From Elusimicrobiota bacterium (GTDB lineage Bacteria > Elusimicrobiota > Elusimicrobia > Elusimicrobiales > UBA9959): a stretch of 23,426 nucleotides of DNA. The notes under the pieces were generated by a model. That model saw only the letters and a program-made list of their open reading frames with translations. It was not told where the DNA came from and ran no database searches. This document shows positions 7,371 to 16,087 of this stretch, one piece after another. Made by a program: the position numbers and the translations under genes. Within the stretch, counting starts at the first letter, position 1, and each line of letters starts with the position of its first letter. The DNA lies in the NCBI GenBank assembly GCA_037137395.1, contig JBAXKK010000036.1, forward strand, positions 1 through 23,426, written 5' to 3'.

Positions 7371-8444
7371 TCAGCCCTTTTTCAGGGTTCGCGCGGCGCC
7401 GGGGCTTTCCAAATGCGCGCTGGTGTAGGACGTGCGGCCGCAGCGGGAACAGGTGGGCAGGAATCCGCCCTGTTTTATCAGCAGTTCACGGAATTTGCGA
7501 TAAGCCGGGCCGTTGTAGGTTTTCAGCCAGTCTCCCTGCGTGATGTTGCCCATCACATGTCCCAGCGGCTGACAGGAGACCATGTCTCCGTTGGGTCCTA
7601 CCCAGACACTGTTCCATTGCCCCAGGCAGAAGCCTTGTTTCGTAAACCCGGTCTTGGGGTCATACCACAATTTCATTTCCTTTTCTGTGAGGTCCAGGTC
7701 GAATCTGATGCTCGGGTCTTTTTCGGCCTTGATCCTGGCTGTTTCCGCGGCCAGCTTCGGAACCGAGATTCCGTCAGACATGGATTCTGACGTCCTCAGG
7801 TTCAGGCCGCTGCCGAGGCTGTTTTTGAACAGGGCGGCTGTTTTTTTGCGATCTTTTTCCCTTATGAAGTCCAGCTGGTTGAAAGCGATATGGTCGGGGC
7901 CGAGGGCCCGTAAAGCTTTATAGACGCTATAAAGCCTGTCGTGGTTGGCCGCGTTTATGGCGCACCAAAAGGTCAAATGCTTTACGCCTTTAAGAGGTGA
8001 AGAATTGATTGCCGCGCAGACGGCGGCGGTTTTCGCGAACGCGCCTTTGCGGCCCACAATGCGGTCGTGCAGCTCAGGCGTGCCGTGGAAGGATACGGCT
8101 ATTTCGTCCAGGCCGGCCTCCAGCAGTTTCCCGGCGGTCTTAATGTCCAGGGAACAACCGTTGGTGTTTACCAGGCAGCGGTGTCCGCCCTTTTTTATAT
8201 AGGCGACAAGTTCGGGCAGGTCTTTCCGGATGCCGGGTTCCCCGCCGGCTATGTAAAACTCTCTGCGCCTGGAAGAAAGCGTGTCTATGAATTTTTTCCA
8301 GACCGCCAGCGGAAGTTCTTTCCCCGTCGGTTTGCGGCGGGAGCTTTTAGCCATAAAGCAGAAGGCGCAGGCCAGGTTGCACCTGTAGGTGGTATCTATG
8401 GCCACGTAGTCCGGGTCCAGTTTTAATGTTGCGGCGTTCTTCAT
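7371..8444 (-). CDS. Radical SAM protein with SPASM/twitch C-terminal domain
   Basis: CNLACAFC, IAGGEP, VNTNG, then CLGQWNSVWVGPNGDMVSC...MGNI...LPTCSRC. ATG 8444 (MKNAATL) is preferred; the in-frame extension to GTG 8537 is a copy of the deacetylase C-terminus. Confidence 0.9.
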   Translation of the reverse strand: MKNAATLKLDPDYVAIDTTYRCNLACAFCFMAKSSRRKPTGKELPLAVWKKFIDTLSSRRREFYIAGGEPGIRKDLPELVAYIKKGGHRCLVNTNGCSLDIKTAGKLLEAGLDEIAVSFHGTPELHDRIVGRKGAFAKTAAVCAAINSSPLKGVKHLTFWCAINAANHDRLYSVYKALRALGPDHIAFNQLDFIREKDRKKTAALFKNSLGSGLNLRTSESMSDGISVPKLAAETARIKAEKDPSIRFDLDLTEKEMKLWYDPKTGFTKQGFCLGQWNSVWVGPNGDMVSCQPLGHVMGNITQGDWLKTYNGPAYRKFRELLIKQGGFLPTCSRCGRTSYTSAHLESPGAARTLKKG

Positions 8445-8495
8445 CTTGTCAGGTGTGACGGAAATATAAAGCCCCGGCGATGCCCTTGCCGGCGT

Positions 8496-8570
8496 GAATT
8501 TAAATGAGGGCGTGAGATATTCTACTTTTTCTGCCACACTCGCTGCGTTGGAATATTGTATCAGTTCTTT
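8496..8570 (-). pseudogene. Remnant duplicate of the polysaccharide deacetylase 3' end (direct repeat copy A)
   Basis: 66/75 nt identical to 10041-10115 with no gaps. Translates KELIQYSNAASVAEKVEYLTPSFKF versus KQLIQYSNVASVAKKVEYLARSFKF (20/25 aa). Confidence 0.85.
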
Positions 8571-8583
8571 AAAACTTAGATCC

Positions 8584-9924
8584 CTAAAAGGGCATATCTC
8601 TCAGGATTCTATAAACCCTGACAGGGAAGCAGAAATAAAACACAAATATGGCTACGATCTTTATAAGCGGCATCAGTCGCGGGTTCAGGGTTGAGCAGAA
8701 TGTGCCGCCTGTGACCGAGGCGCGGGCGGTCGTGTCATTGAGTAAAGGTGTTTTTTTATCCATATGCAGAGTCTTTGCGAGACGCGCGCCCGGGTAGATC
8801 ATGCAGGGGGAAAGTATAAAGTTGTGTATAGGCAGGCGCCAGATGAGTTTTATGGTTTCCATTAGTTGCGCCGGGGTTTCATCCGGAAATCCCATCATGA
8901 AAAAACCATTCGTGAAAATTCGTTTATGCACCAGATAATCGACGTTGTCAATAAGCTTCGGCAGATCAATATTCTTATGAACTCTTTTTTGCAGATCCGG
9001 GCTCGCGGTTTCAACTGCTATCGAGACGGATTTTACTCCGGCCTGCGCGAAAAGATCTATAAGTTCGCGCGTCAAAATATCAGCTCTTAAACCATTTCCA
9101 AAAAAAAGCTTTGTGCCGGGCAGCTCATCGCGTATCCGTCTCATTATTTCAGAAGCGCGGTCTTTGTCAAGGTTGAAAATGTCATCTATTATCTCTATCT
9201 CCGTTATCCCATATACCTCTCTCAGCGTCTTTAGCTCAGACAGCACCCGCTCAGGGGAATGCGCGCGGAAATGTTTGCCGAACATGTTGTGGCAGAAAGT
9301 GCAATGATAGGGGCAACCTCTGGAGGTTGTTATTGACATGTGGGTGTGCACGTAGAGTAATCGAGACTGAGGGTGAAATGCTGTATTGCGGTCAAAATTT
9401 GTAAGACTCCAGTCGGGCATGGGAAGCGAGTCTAAATCTTCTATAAAAGGTCTGTTTGGATTATGGTGAGGAACTCCTTGCTCAATATAGGACACGCCCT
9501 TTATGTTCTCCAGTCCGTGACCTTTTTCTAAAGCCGATACTAGCTCGGCCAGGGTTTCTTCTCCCTCATTGCGCACCACGGCATCTATATTCCCACTGTT
9601 CAGACATTCATCGGGGCAGGATGTGGGATATGCTCCGCCTGCTATGATGAACGGCTTCGGAGCAGAAGCTGCAATTTGGGCGGCTATCTTATACATGGAA
9701 ATAGCCTCCGCTGTTATGGCGCTTATTCCCACCACGTCCGGCCTGAAGGTCGCGAGTTCTTCGGCCAAGGCCTGGTGGGGCCTCTTGCAAAGATCCATAT
9801 GAAGAAGTCTGATATCGCTATAGCCGGCTTTTTTTAGAGCGCCGGCAAGATATAGCAGACCGACCGGGGGGAAAGCAAGATTGTATCTTTTGGGGCAAGA
9901 GGCTTTTATCAGCAAAAATCTCAT
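8584..9924 (-). CDS. Cobalamin-binding radical SAM protein (class B methyltransferase-like), group A
   Basis: PPVGLLYLAGAL, PDVVGIS, GGAYPT, EGEET, TSRGCPYHCTFC, DDIFN and GFFMMGFPDET. ATGA overlap with the deacetylase stop. Confidence 0.92.
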   Translation of the reverse strand: MRFLLIKASCPKRYNLAFPPVGLLYLAGALKKAGYSDIRLLHMDLCKRPHQALAEELATFRPDVVGISAITAEAISMYKIAAQIAASAPKPFIIAGGAYPTSCPDECLNSGNIDAVVRNEGEETLAELVSALEKGHGLENIKGVSYIEQGVPHHNPNRPFIEDLDSLPMPDWSLTNFDRNTAFHPQSRLLYVHTHMSITTSRGCPYHCTFCHNMFGKHFRAHSPERVLSELKTLREVYGITEIEIIDDIFNLDKDRASEIMRRIRDELPGTKLFFGNGLRADILTRELIDLFAQAGVKSVSIAVETASPDLQKRVHKNIDLPKLIDNVDYLVHKRIFTNGFFMMGFPDETPAQLMETIKLIWRLPIHNFILSPCMIYPGARLAKTLHMDKKTPLLNDTTARASVTGGTFCSTLNPRLMPLIKIVAIFVFYFCFPVRVYRILRDMPF

Positions 9925-10820
9925 TGCTGCAGCACCGATACGGGGAGTCGGCAGGCTGTTTGTAGAACCATGTCTTTTGCAGATAGATTCATGTTAAGCT
10001 CGGGGCCCCGGGAAAGTCCCAGCACTTCTCCCGCGGGGGCGAATTTAAATGAGCGCGCGAGATATTCTACTTTTTTAGCCACGCTTGCAACGTTGGAATA
10101 TTGTATCAGTTGTTTCGTCAGCCCGGTTCCGGTCGGCGCTATTTCACCGAATTCCCAGGAGTGGCAATAAAGGATTCCGGGCAGTCCCAGGGCGTTCAAT
10201 CCTGCCAGCCTTGAAGCGATAAAGTTTTTGGGCATGAGGCGAAGGAATGTGCCGCCCAGGAATGGGAGCTTCACTCCGGCAAAACTGAAAACTGAGGGAG
10301 GGAATTCCATGAGGCCGCTGGCATCGGTGTAGGGCGCTCTGCGCCTGTGGGAAAGAAAAACGGGATAGAGGCTTGAATCATAGGCGTAGCCCGCTTCTTT
10401 GATAGCGGCGAGATAAAAGGACTCGTTTTTTAAAATGGAAAAAGTAGGAGCCCTGTAGCCCAGCGGGGCTTTCCCTGTCAGCTTTTCAAGCGCCGCCCTT
10501 GAATCAGCCAGATCTTTTTTAAATTCGGCTTGGCTCATCCTGAACACTGATCTATGGGTCCCGCCGTGGCTGGCAACTTCATGTCCGGCCGACGCTATCG
10601 CTTTGACTGTATCGGGATATTTGCGCGCCACCGAACCCAGAATAAAGAAAGTCGCTTTAACGGCTATTGTGTCCAGCATGACCAGTATTCTGGAAACATC
10701 GGCGGGCAAGCCGCTTTGCTTATCGGCAAAGGCCGGGTCGCCCGCGAATAGCACCGTGTCAAACCATTCTTCCACATCTATGGAGAGGGCATTGACAACG
10801 GAGGAGGTGTCTTTAATCAT
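9921..10820 (-). CDS. Polysaccharide deacetylase (CE4; XrtA/PEP-CTERM-associated, DUF3473-like)
   Basis: NALSIDVEEWF, ATFFILG, GHEVASHGGTH, GYRAPTFSI, YDSSLYP, GGTFLRL and YCHSWEF. Confidence 0.92.
   Translation of the reverse strand: MIKDTSSVVNALSIDVEEWFDTVLFAGDPAFADKQSGLPADVSRILVMLDTIAVKATFFILGSVARKYPDTVKAIASAGHEVASHGGTHRSVFRMSQAEFKKDLADSRAALEKLTGKAPLGYRAPTFSILKNESFYLAAIKEAGYAYDSSLYPVFLSHRRRAPYTDASGLMEFPPSVFSFAGVKLPFLGGTFLRLMPKNFIASRLAGLNALGLPGILYCHSWEFGEIAPTGTGLTKQLIQYSNVASVAKKVEYLARSFKFAPAGEVLGLSRGPELNMNLSAKDMVLQTACRLPVSVLQQ
10041..10115. repeat. Direct repeat copy B (within the deacetylase 3' end)
   Basis: Matches 8496-8570 at 66/75 nt. The offset is 1545 bp, a multiple of 3. Confidence 0.9.
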
Positions 10821-11019
10821 TTGATATATCAGTAAAACATATTTGGAACAAAAAATCTGCTCTCCTCACCGTTCAATTCCATGTAATTCCCGTAATAGAC
10901 AAGCGCCGGTAAAACTAGTAAAATCACCATGTCGGCGGCTGGCGAAATTCAGGCATATTTATGCCGATTTATCTGGAAACGGCCCGGTTGTTCCCGCATG
11001 TTAAATTAATCATGGAATT
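10821..11019. promoter_or_regulatory. Divergent promoter region with a palindrome and mirrored upstream motifs
   Basis: The only long non-coding gap (199 bp), between divergent ATGs at 10820 and 11020. Contains GGCATA-tt-TATGCC (10952-10965) and TTGTTCC-N3/4-ATGTT 31-32 nt upstream of each ATG. Confidence 0.6.
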
Positions 11020-12426
11020 ATGAAGATATTGCTGCTAAATCCGAATCTGCAAGGGCAACCTGATGTCGGAATTGTCGTAAGAAGCGTTCCTCTCGGCCTT
11101 TTATATATTGCCGCCTCGCTGAGGCAGGCGGGTTATAGCGATATAAACATCGTTGACGCCAGGGTTAAGAACCTTGATCATCAGGAGATCCTCGCGCGGA
11201 TCGGGGAATTTTCTCCGGATATCGTGGGGATATCCAGCTTATGCGTAGACGCCGTTGAAACCCATAAACTGGCGGGGCTTATCAAAGCGGCTGACGCGCG
11301 CTATAAAGTCGTGGTCGGCGGAGCCCACGCTACATCTAGCCCTGAAAGCCTCATTGAGGACCCGAATATAGACTTTGTCGTGACAGGCGAGGGTGAGAGA
11401 ACCATATGCGAACTCGTCGGCGCTTTGGAAAACGGGCTGGATATATCAGGGATAGACGGCCTGGCCTTTAAAACCGGCGCCACAATCAAGGTTAATCAGC
11501 CCCGGAAGATGATAGAGGCTATTGATTCCATACCCTTCCCCGCCTGGGATCTTGTGGATATGGAGGAATATCTCAATTTTACCAGCAGGCATTCCCAAAA
11601 TCCGATGCCCATGTCGCACAGGCTGATACCTATTGTCACCTCCCGGGGGTGTCCTTTCGGCTGCATTTATTGCCACAATATTTTTGGCAAGACAATAAGG
11701 CTGAGGAGTGTTGAAAATGTTATCCGGGAAATAGAGCTTCTGGTAGAAAGATACGCGCCCGGAGAGATCGAGATTCTGGACGATATTTTTAATTTTGACC
11801 TGGACCGGGCGAAACATATCTGCGACGAGATAATAAAGCGCGGCATAAAGATCCAGTTGTCCTTCCCGAACGGTCTCAGAGTGGACGGGATGGATGAGGA
11901 ACTTATAGTCAAACTTAAGGCGGCCGGTACTCATCTGATCTATTACGCCATAGAGTCAGGCTCTCCAGCGGTGCAGAAGCGGATAGGCAAGAACCTTAAT
12001 CTGGAGAAGGCCCGGGATATAATCCGTCTGACCGTGAACCAGGGGATCCGCGTCTGTGGTTTTTTTATGATCGGTTTCCCGGAAGAAACAAAAGATGAGA
12101 TTCTGGCGACAATCAGATTCGCCAGGGAAATGCCATTCCACTTTGTGCATTTTTTTTACGTGACTCCGAGGCCAAATACGCCGCTCTACGCGCTACTTAA
12201 AAACAGAAATGTTGACCTAAAAAAAGTCAAATTCCACCATTATTTCAAACTTTCCGTGAATATGTCAGCGCTCACGGACGCCGCGTTGAGAAGGCTTCGG
12301 GCTAAGGCGTACATTGAGTTTTATCTGCGGCCGGCGCAGATGTGGCGCATCTGGAAGGCCTTGCCGGACAAATTATATATCCTGTACTATATCCCATCAA
12401 TCATATGGCGATGCCTCCTGGGATAG
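11020..12426 (+). CDS. Cobalamin-binding radical SAM protein, group A (paralog of 8584-9924)
   Basis: PLGLLYIAASL, PDIVGIS, GGAHAT, GEGERT, TSRGCPFGCIYCHN, DDIFN, FPNGLRVD and GFFMIGFPEET. Confidence 0.93.
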   Translation: MKILLLNPNLQGQPDVGIVVRSVPLGLLYIAASLRQAGYSDINIVDARVKNLDHQEILARIGEFSPDIVGISSLCVDAVETHKLAGLIKAADARYKVVVGGAHATSSPESLIEDPNIDFVVTGEGERTICELVGALENGLDISGIDGLAFKTGATIKVNQPRKMIEAIDSIPFPAWDLVDMEEYLNFTSRHSQNPMPMSHRLIPIVTSRGCPFGCIYCHNIFGKTIRLRSVENVIREIELLVERYAPGEIEILDDIFNFDLDRAKHICDEIIKRGIKIQLSFPNGLRVDGMDEELIVKLKAAGTHLIYYAIESGSPAVQKRIGKNLNLEKARDIIRLTVNQGIRVCGFFMIGFPEETKDEILATIRFAREMPFHFVHFFYVTPRPNTPLYALLKNRNVDLKKVKFHHYFKLSVNMSALTDAALRRLRAKAYIEFYLRPAQMWRIWKALPDKLYILYYIPSIIWRCLLG

Positions 12427-12442
12427 TTTCGTGCTGATAGCC

Positions 12443-13513
12443 ATGTCGGGCAAGATCGGGGAACTCCGGAACAAAAAAATGCTAAATAATTTCAGGCTAT
12501 TCAACTTCGGACAGGTCGCTTTTGTGTGCAGGATAGCTTTTAAGGGGGCCTGGGTAAAAAACTTAAGGCGCTTGGTAAAAAGCCTTATAAACCTGATACT
12601 GCGGCCGGACTCACCCGCCGCCCTGATCATCGGAGTTACATATAAATGCCAGTATCGCTGTCATTACTGTTCCACTGGTGAATATCCCTCCGATGGTCCG
12701 GTTCTGGGCACGGAGGAAATAAAGGACGCGGTAGATCAGGCCTCCGCTCTTAAGATATCCAAAGTGAATTTTTTCGGCGGGGAGCCGCTATTGAGGGAAG
12801 ACATAACGGAGCTGGTGGGCCACGCCTCCTCCAGGGATCTGTTCGTTTTTCTGGACACCAACGGGGAACTGCTGACACCGGACTCGTTAAAGCGGCTTAA
12901 ATCGGCCGGGATTACAGCCGTCTGCGTGAACACCCAGACAAAAGACTCCTGCGGAGAGAGCGATACGCTGGATGCGGCGGCTGTTTATCGGAAGATAGAA
13001 ATCGTCGCGCGGGACTGCAAAGCTGCCGGAGTCCCCTGCATGTTCTCCGTGTATGTTGACAATCGGGTGCTGAACGGTGATATTCTTGAAAACATCATTC
13101 TTCTCTCCAGAAGGTGCGGCGCCTCAGGCGTGCGTCTGCTGCTGCCCATAGATTGCGGGCGCCTGAAGGGTCGCCGGCCAGCTATATCCGCTTTTGATCT
13201 GAAAAGGGTGCATTCCCTTATTGATAATTATTTCGTGTACAGCGAGAGTATGCTGTACGGGATATCCGGTGGCGCGAAGGTCTGCGAAGCTAAACTTAAA
13301 AAAACGGTCTATCTGTCGCCATACGGGGACGTGCAGTTCTGCTACACAGTGCCTTTTTGCTTCGGGAACATCCGGAAAGAAAAGCTGGGTGCGATAATAG
13401 GCCGGATGTATTCTCATGAGTTGTTCAGACTGGCACCCGGGAACAAATGTCCGATGAACGACGCCGGATTTAAAGAAGCGCTGCGCGATCCCAGGTATAG
13501 TTCCTGTGACTGA
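12443..13513 (+). CDS. Radical SAM protein with twitch/partial SPASM tail
   Basis: CQYRCHYC, FFGGEPLL, LDTNG and CEAK...YLSPYGDVQFC...FGNI...CPMND. Start is ATG 12443 or 12479; the TTG 12314 extension overlaps the upstream gene. Confidence 0.88.
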   Translation: MSGKIGELRNKKMLNNFRLFNFGQVAFVCRIAFKGAWVKNLRRLVKSLINLILRPDSPAALIIGVTYKCQYRCHYCSTGEYPSDGPVLGTEEIKDAVDQASALKISKVNFFGGEPLLREDITELVGHASSRDLFVFLDTNGELLTPDSLKRLKSAGITAVCVNTQTKDSCGESDTLDAAAVYRKIEIVARDCKAAGVPCMFSVYVDNRVLNGDILENIILLSRRCGASGVRLLLPIDCGRLKGRRPAISAFDLKRVHSLIDNYFVYSESMLYGISGGAKVCEAKLKKTVYLSPYGDVQFCYTVPFCFGNIRKEKLGAIIGRMYSHELFRLAPGNKCPMNDAGFKEALRDPRYSSCD

Positions 13514-14558
13514 TTCTATGAAAACTTATCATTTCCCTGTCCTTCGACAGGCTATGAATTTACCTTTAAGATTAATATTCCTGCTGAAACTGGCGAACAC
13601 AGCAAAGAAGCTACGCATGATACTCGCGCATTGTGCCAGAAAAACAGCCGGTCTCTGCTCGCCGGCCGCGGCAACGATCGCGGTGACGGGGCGATGCAAC
13701 TTTAATTGCCGGCACTGCGCCGTGGACGGAAGCCGCGCCAAAGCCGGTGAACTTGCCTTAAGAGATGTTGAAAAGATCCTGCGGGACCTCGGGAGCCTGA
13801 AAGTTCCGAGAATTTACTTCGGGGGAGGGGAACCGCTCATGCATCCCGATATCGCGGGTATGATAGGGATGGCTTCCGGGAAGGGCTTTATAACTTTTCT
13901 GGAAACCAACGGATACCTGCTGGCCGACGAAACAGCGGTTCGTTCGCTGAAGGCCGCCGGCTTATCATGCGTTTGCCTGAGTTTGCACGCGGCATCAAGA
14001 GATGAACATGATGGTTTCTGCGGGATGCCCGGATCTTTTGAAAGGGTGATGCGGGCTCTGGAACTTTGCGTGCAGCACGGGCTTTTAACGGTGATTTCTG
14101 TTGTTGCAACCAAACGCCTGATAAAAGACGGAGTTGTTGCTGATATTATATCGCTGGCGCGCGCCAAAGGCGCCGGCGCGGTGCGGCTGACCGCGCCGCA
14201 TTCCGCGGGAAGATGGCTGGACTTTTTGGAGCCGATCGGCGCAAAGGATATGAACGGACTCACGGCCATCCCTTCTTTCGGCTTGCCGGTATTTAACCGC
14301 GTTTCCATCCCGCGATGCTCAATCGGGTCCACGCTCTATATAAATCCCCGCGGCGAAGTGCAGCCGTGTGAATTCATCCCTTATTCTTTTGGCAATGTTC
14401 TGACAGATGGGATGGATCAGATCATACGCGGTATGCGGACTAACGCTATGTTTAAAAGCGAAAAGCCGGCTAAATGCAGAATTGACGACGCTGAATTCCA
14501 CAGAGAATATATTGCGGGCCTCGCGGCAGGGGAATTGCCGGTGAAGGTTTATAAATAA
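13506..14558 (+). CDS. Radical SAM protein with twitch/partial SPASM tail (paralog of the upstream gene)
   Basis: CNFNCRHC, FGGGEPL, LETNG and CSIG...YINPRGEVQPCEFIPYSFGNV...CRIDD. Start is GTG 13506 or ATG 13518. Confidence 0.9.
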   Translation: MTDSMKTYHFPVLRQAMNLPLRLIFLLKLANTAKKLRMILAHCARKTAGLCSPAAATIAVTGRCNFNCRHCAVDGSRAKAGELALRDVEKILRDLGSLKVPRIYFGGGEPLMHPDIAGMIGMASGKGFITFLETNGYLLADETAVRSLKAAGLSCVCLSLHAASRDEHDGFCGMPGSFERVMRALELCVQHGLLTVISVVATKRLIKDGVVADIISLARAKGAGAVRLTAPHSAGRWLDFLEPIGAKDMNGLTAIPSFGLPVFNRVSIPRCSIGSTLYINPRGEVQPCEFIPYSFGNVLTDGMDQIIRGMRTNAMFKSEKPAKCRIDDAEFHREYIAGLAAGELPVKVYK

Positions 14559-16087
14559 TGGCGCGCATCCTGTTCATTTCAACCGGAGTTTTTGAGAATC
14601 TGGGCATAGAATACCTATCCGCGCATCTTAAGGTTCGCGGCCACGCGGTTGGGTTGGTCATCGAGCCTCTTCTGTTCCAGGATGTTTTTTTTCAGAATAA
14701 AACGCTGGCGCAGCTACTTGACCCCAGAAAAACTATCTTAACCGAAATCGATGGTTTTTCTCCGGATATTATCTGCTTCTCTGTCGTGACCGACAATTAT
14801 CAGCGCGCCCTTGCTCTGGCCGGCGCGATCCGCTCCCGCACAAAAGCTTTCATTATATTCGGGGGAATCCACCCAACATTGGCGCCCGCTATGGTCCTTG
14901 AGAACAGTTGCCTGGACGCCGTCTGTGTGGGTGAAGGCGAGGGGGCTCTTGCGGAGTTGGCGGACAGTTTTGATGCGGGCGCGGTCAGGACGGATATAAA
15001 CAATATCTGGTTTAAAGGACAGGGGGGGATAATAAAAAATCCCCTGGCCCCGATAAATTCCGATCTGGATGATCTGCCCTTTCCCGATAAAGAAATATAT
15101 TACGCGCAGAATCCGGTTTACAAAAAAACCTACATGGCTATAACCAGCCGGGGATGCCATTTTGACTGTTCCTATTGCTCCAATCATTCGCTGCGCAAAT
15201 TATACGGCAAAAGCCACGTAAGAAAAAGGACGCCGGATAATGTGATACGGGAATTGAGTCTGGCCAAAGAGAAGCACGCACCGGAATATGTCTGGTTCGT
15301 TGATGATATGTTCTTCTGGAGTGAAGAGTGGCTGAAGGAGTTTTGCGAAAGCTACAGACAAAAGGTGAATCTGCCTTTTTTCTGCTACCTGCATCCGACT
15401 TCCGTCACGGAAGCCGTCGTCAGGCTCCTTAAAGACGCTAACTGCCATGAAATAGGCATCGGGATCCAGAGCATAGACCCTGTCTCTAAATCCGCTGTGT
15501 CGCGGAATGAATCCCTGGGTGAAATCCGGGCCGCTATGGGGATTTTAAAAAAGCACGGTATTTTGACCGTCACTGAAAATATTGTCGGCCTGCCTAGCTC
15601 ATCCCATGAAAATCTGCTGGATCTGGCCGGATTTTATGCGGAAAACAAGCCAGATCTTATAATCGCGAACTGGCTGAGGTTGTACCCTCAAACAGATCTG
15701 CTGGAGCGGGAGGCCCAAAGATTCCCTGATGTGCCCCTCGAGAGGCTTGTGGAAACCGGGACCGACACCGGGATGGGCTGGAAGCTGAATGTCCGAAACC
15801 CGGCACTGACGAAGAAGGCTGCCATCCTGCTTGAATCCGCTGGCTATCTTCCGGCAGCGGTGATCTCCGCGATCCTTTATCTCAATTTGTATCGCTATAT
15901 CCCCCTCTGGTTCGGATCCCTGAACCGCTTGGCGAGAATATTAAAATTTTCTCCTCTGGGTGGCCTCTTTTACCAGAAAGCGACATATGATTCCGGCGCA
16001 AGGGTGTATCTGCAAAGCTGTTTTTACTTCGCGTATAAAAAAATAATGGTCTCATTGTCCGGTATGAAAAAGGCGTATAGAAAATGA
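14558..16087 (+). CDS. Cobalamin-binding radical SAM protein, group B
   Basis: ENLGIEYLSAHLK, PDIICFSV, FGGIHPT, GEGE, TSRGCHFDCSYC, FVDDMF, GIQS and LRLYPQT. TAATG coupling to the upstream gene. Confidence 0.93.
   Translation: MARILFISTGVFENLGIEYLSAHLKVRGHAVGLVIEPLLFQDVFFQNKTLAQLLDPRKTILTEIDGFSPDIICFSVVTDNYQRALALAGAIRSRTKAFIIFGGIHPTLAPAMVLENSCLDAVCVGEGEGALAELADSFDAGAVRTDINNIWFKGQGGIIKNPLAPINSDLDDLPFPDKEIYYAQNPVYKKTYMAITSRGCHFDCSYCSNHSLRKLYGKSHVRKRTPDNVIRELSLAKEKHAPEYVWFVDDMFFWSEEWLKEFCESYRQKVNLPFFCYLHPTSVTEAVVRLLKDANCHEIGIGIQSIDPVSKSAVSRNESLGEIRAAMGILKKHGILTVTENIVGLPSSSHENLLDLAGFYAENKPDLIIANWLRLYPQTDLLEREAQRFPDVPLERLVETGTDTGMGWKLNVRNPALTKKAAILLESAGYLPAAVISAILYLNLYRYIPLWFGSLNRLARILKFSPLGGLFYQKATYDSGARVYLQSCFYFAYKKIMVSLSGMKKAYRK

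Noticed and set aside
8445..8537. GTG 8537 as the start of the SPASM radical SAM gene
   Set aside because: The extension is a copy of the deacetylase C-terminus; ATG 8444 gives a normal distance to the CxxxCxxC motif.
10929..11009. 26-aa ORF MSAAGEIQAYLCRFIWKRPGCSRMLN as a RiPP precursor or leader peptide
   Set aside because: No RBS, it overlaps the likely promoter, and it has no leader/core pattern; a chance ORF is likely, though not excluded.
10821..11019. Cobalamin or SAM riboswitch upstream of the B12 radical SAM operon
   Set aside because: No B12-box or SAM-I core motifs were recognisable by eye; an Rfam scan would settle it.
12314..12442. TTG 12314 start with a Cys/Arg-rich extension
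   Set aside because: It overlaps the 3' end of gene 11020-12426 by 113 nt; in-frame ATGs at 12443 and 12479 are more plausible.
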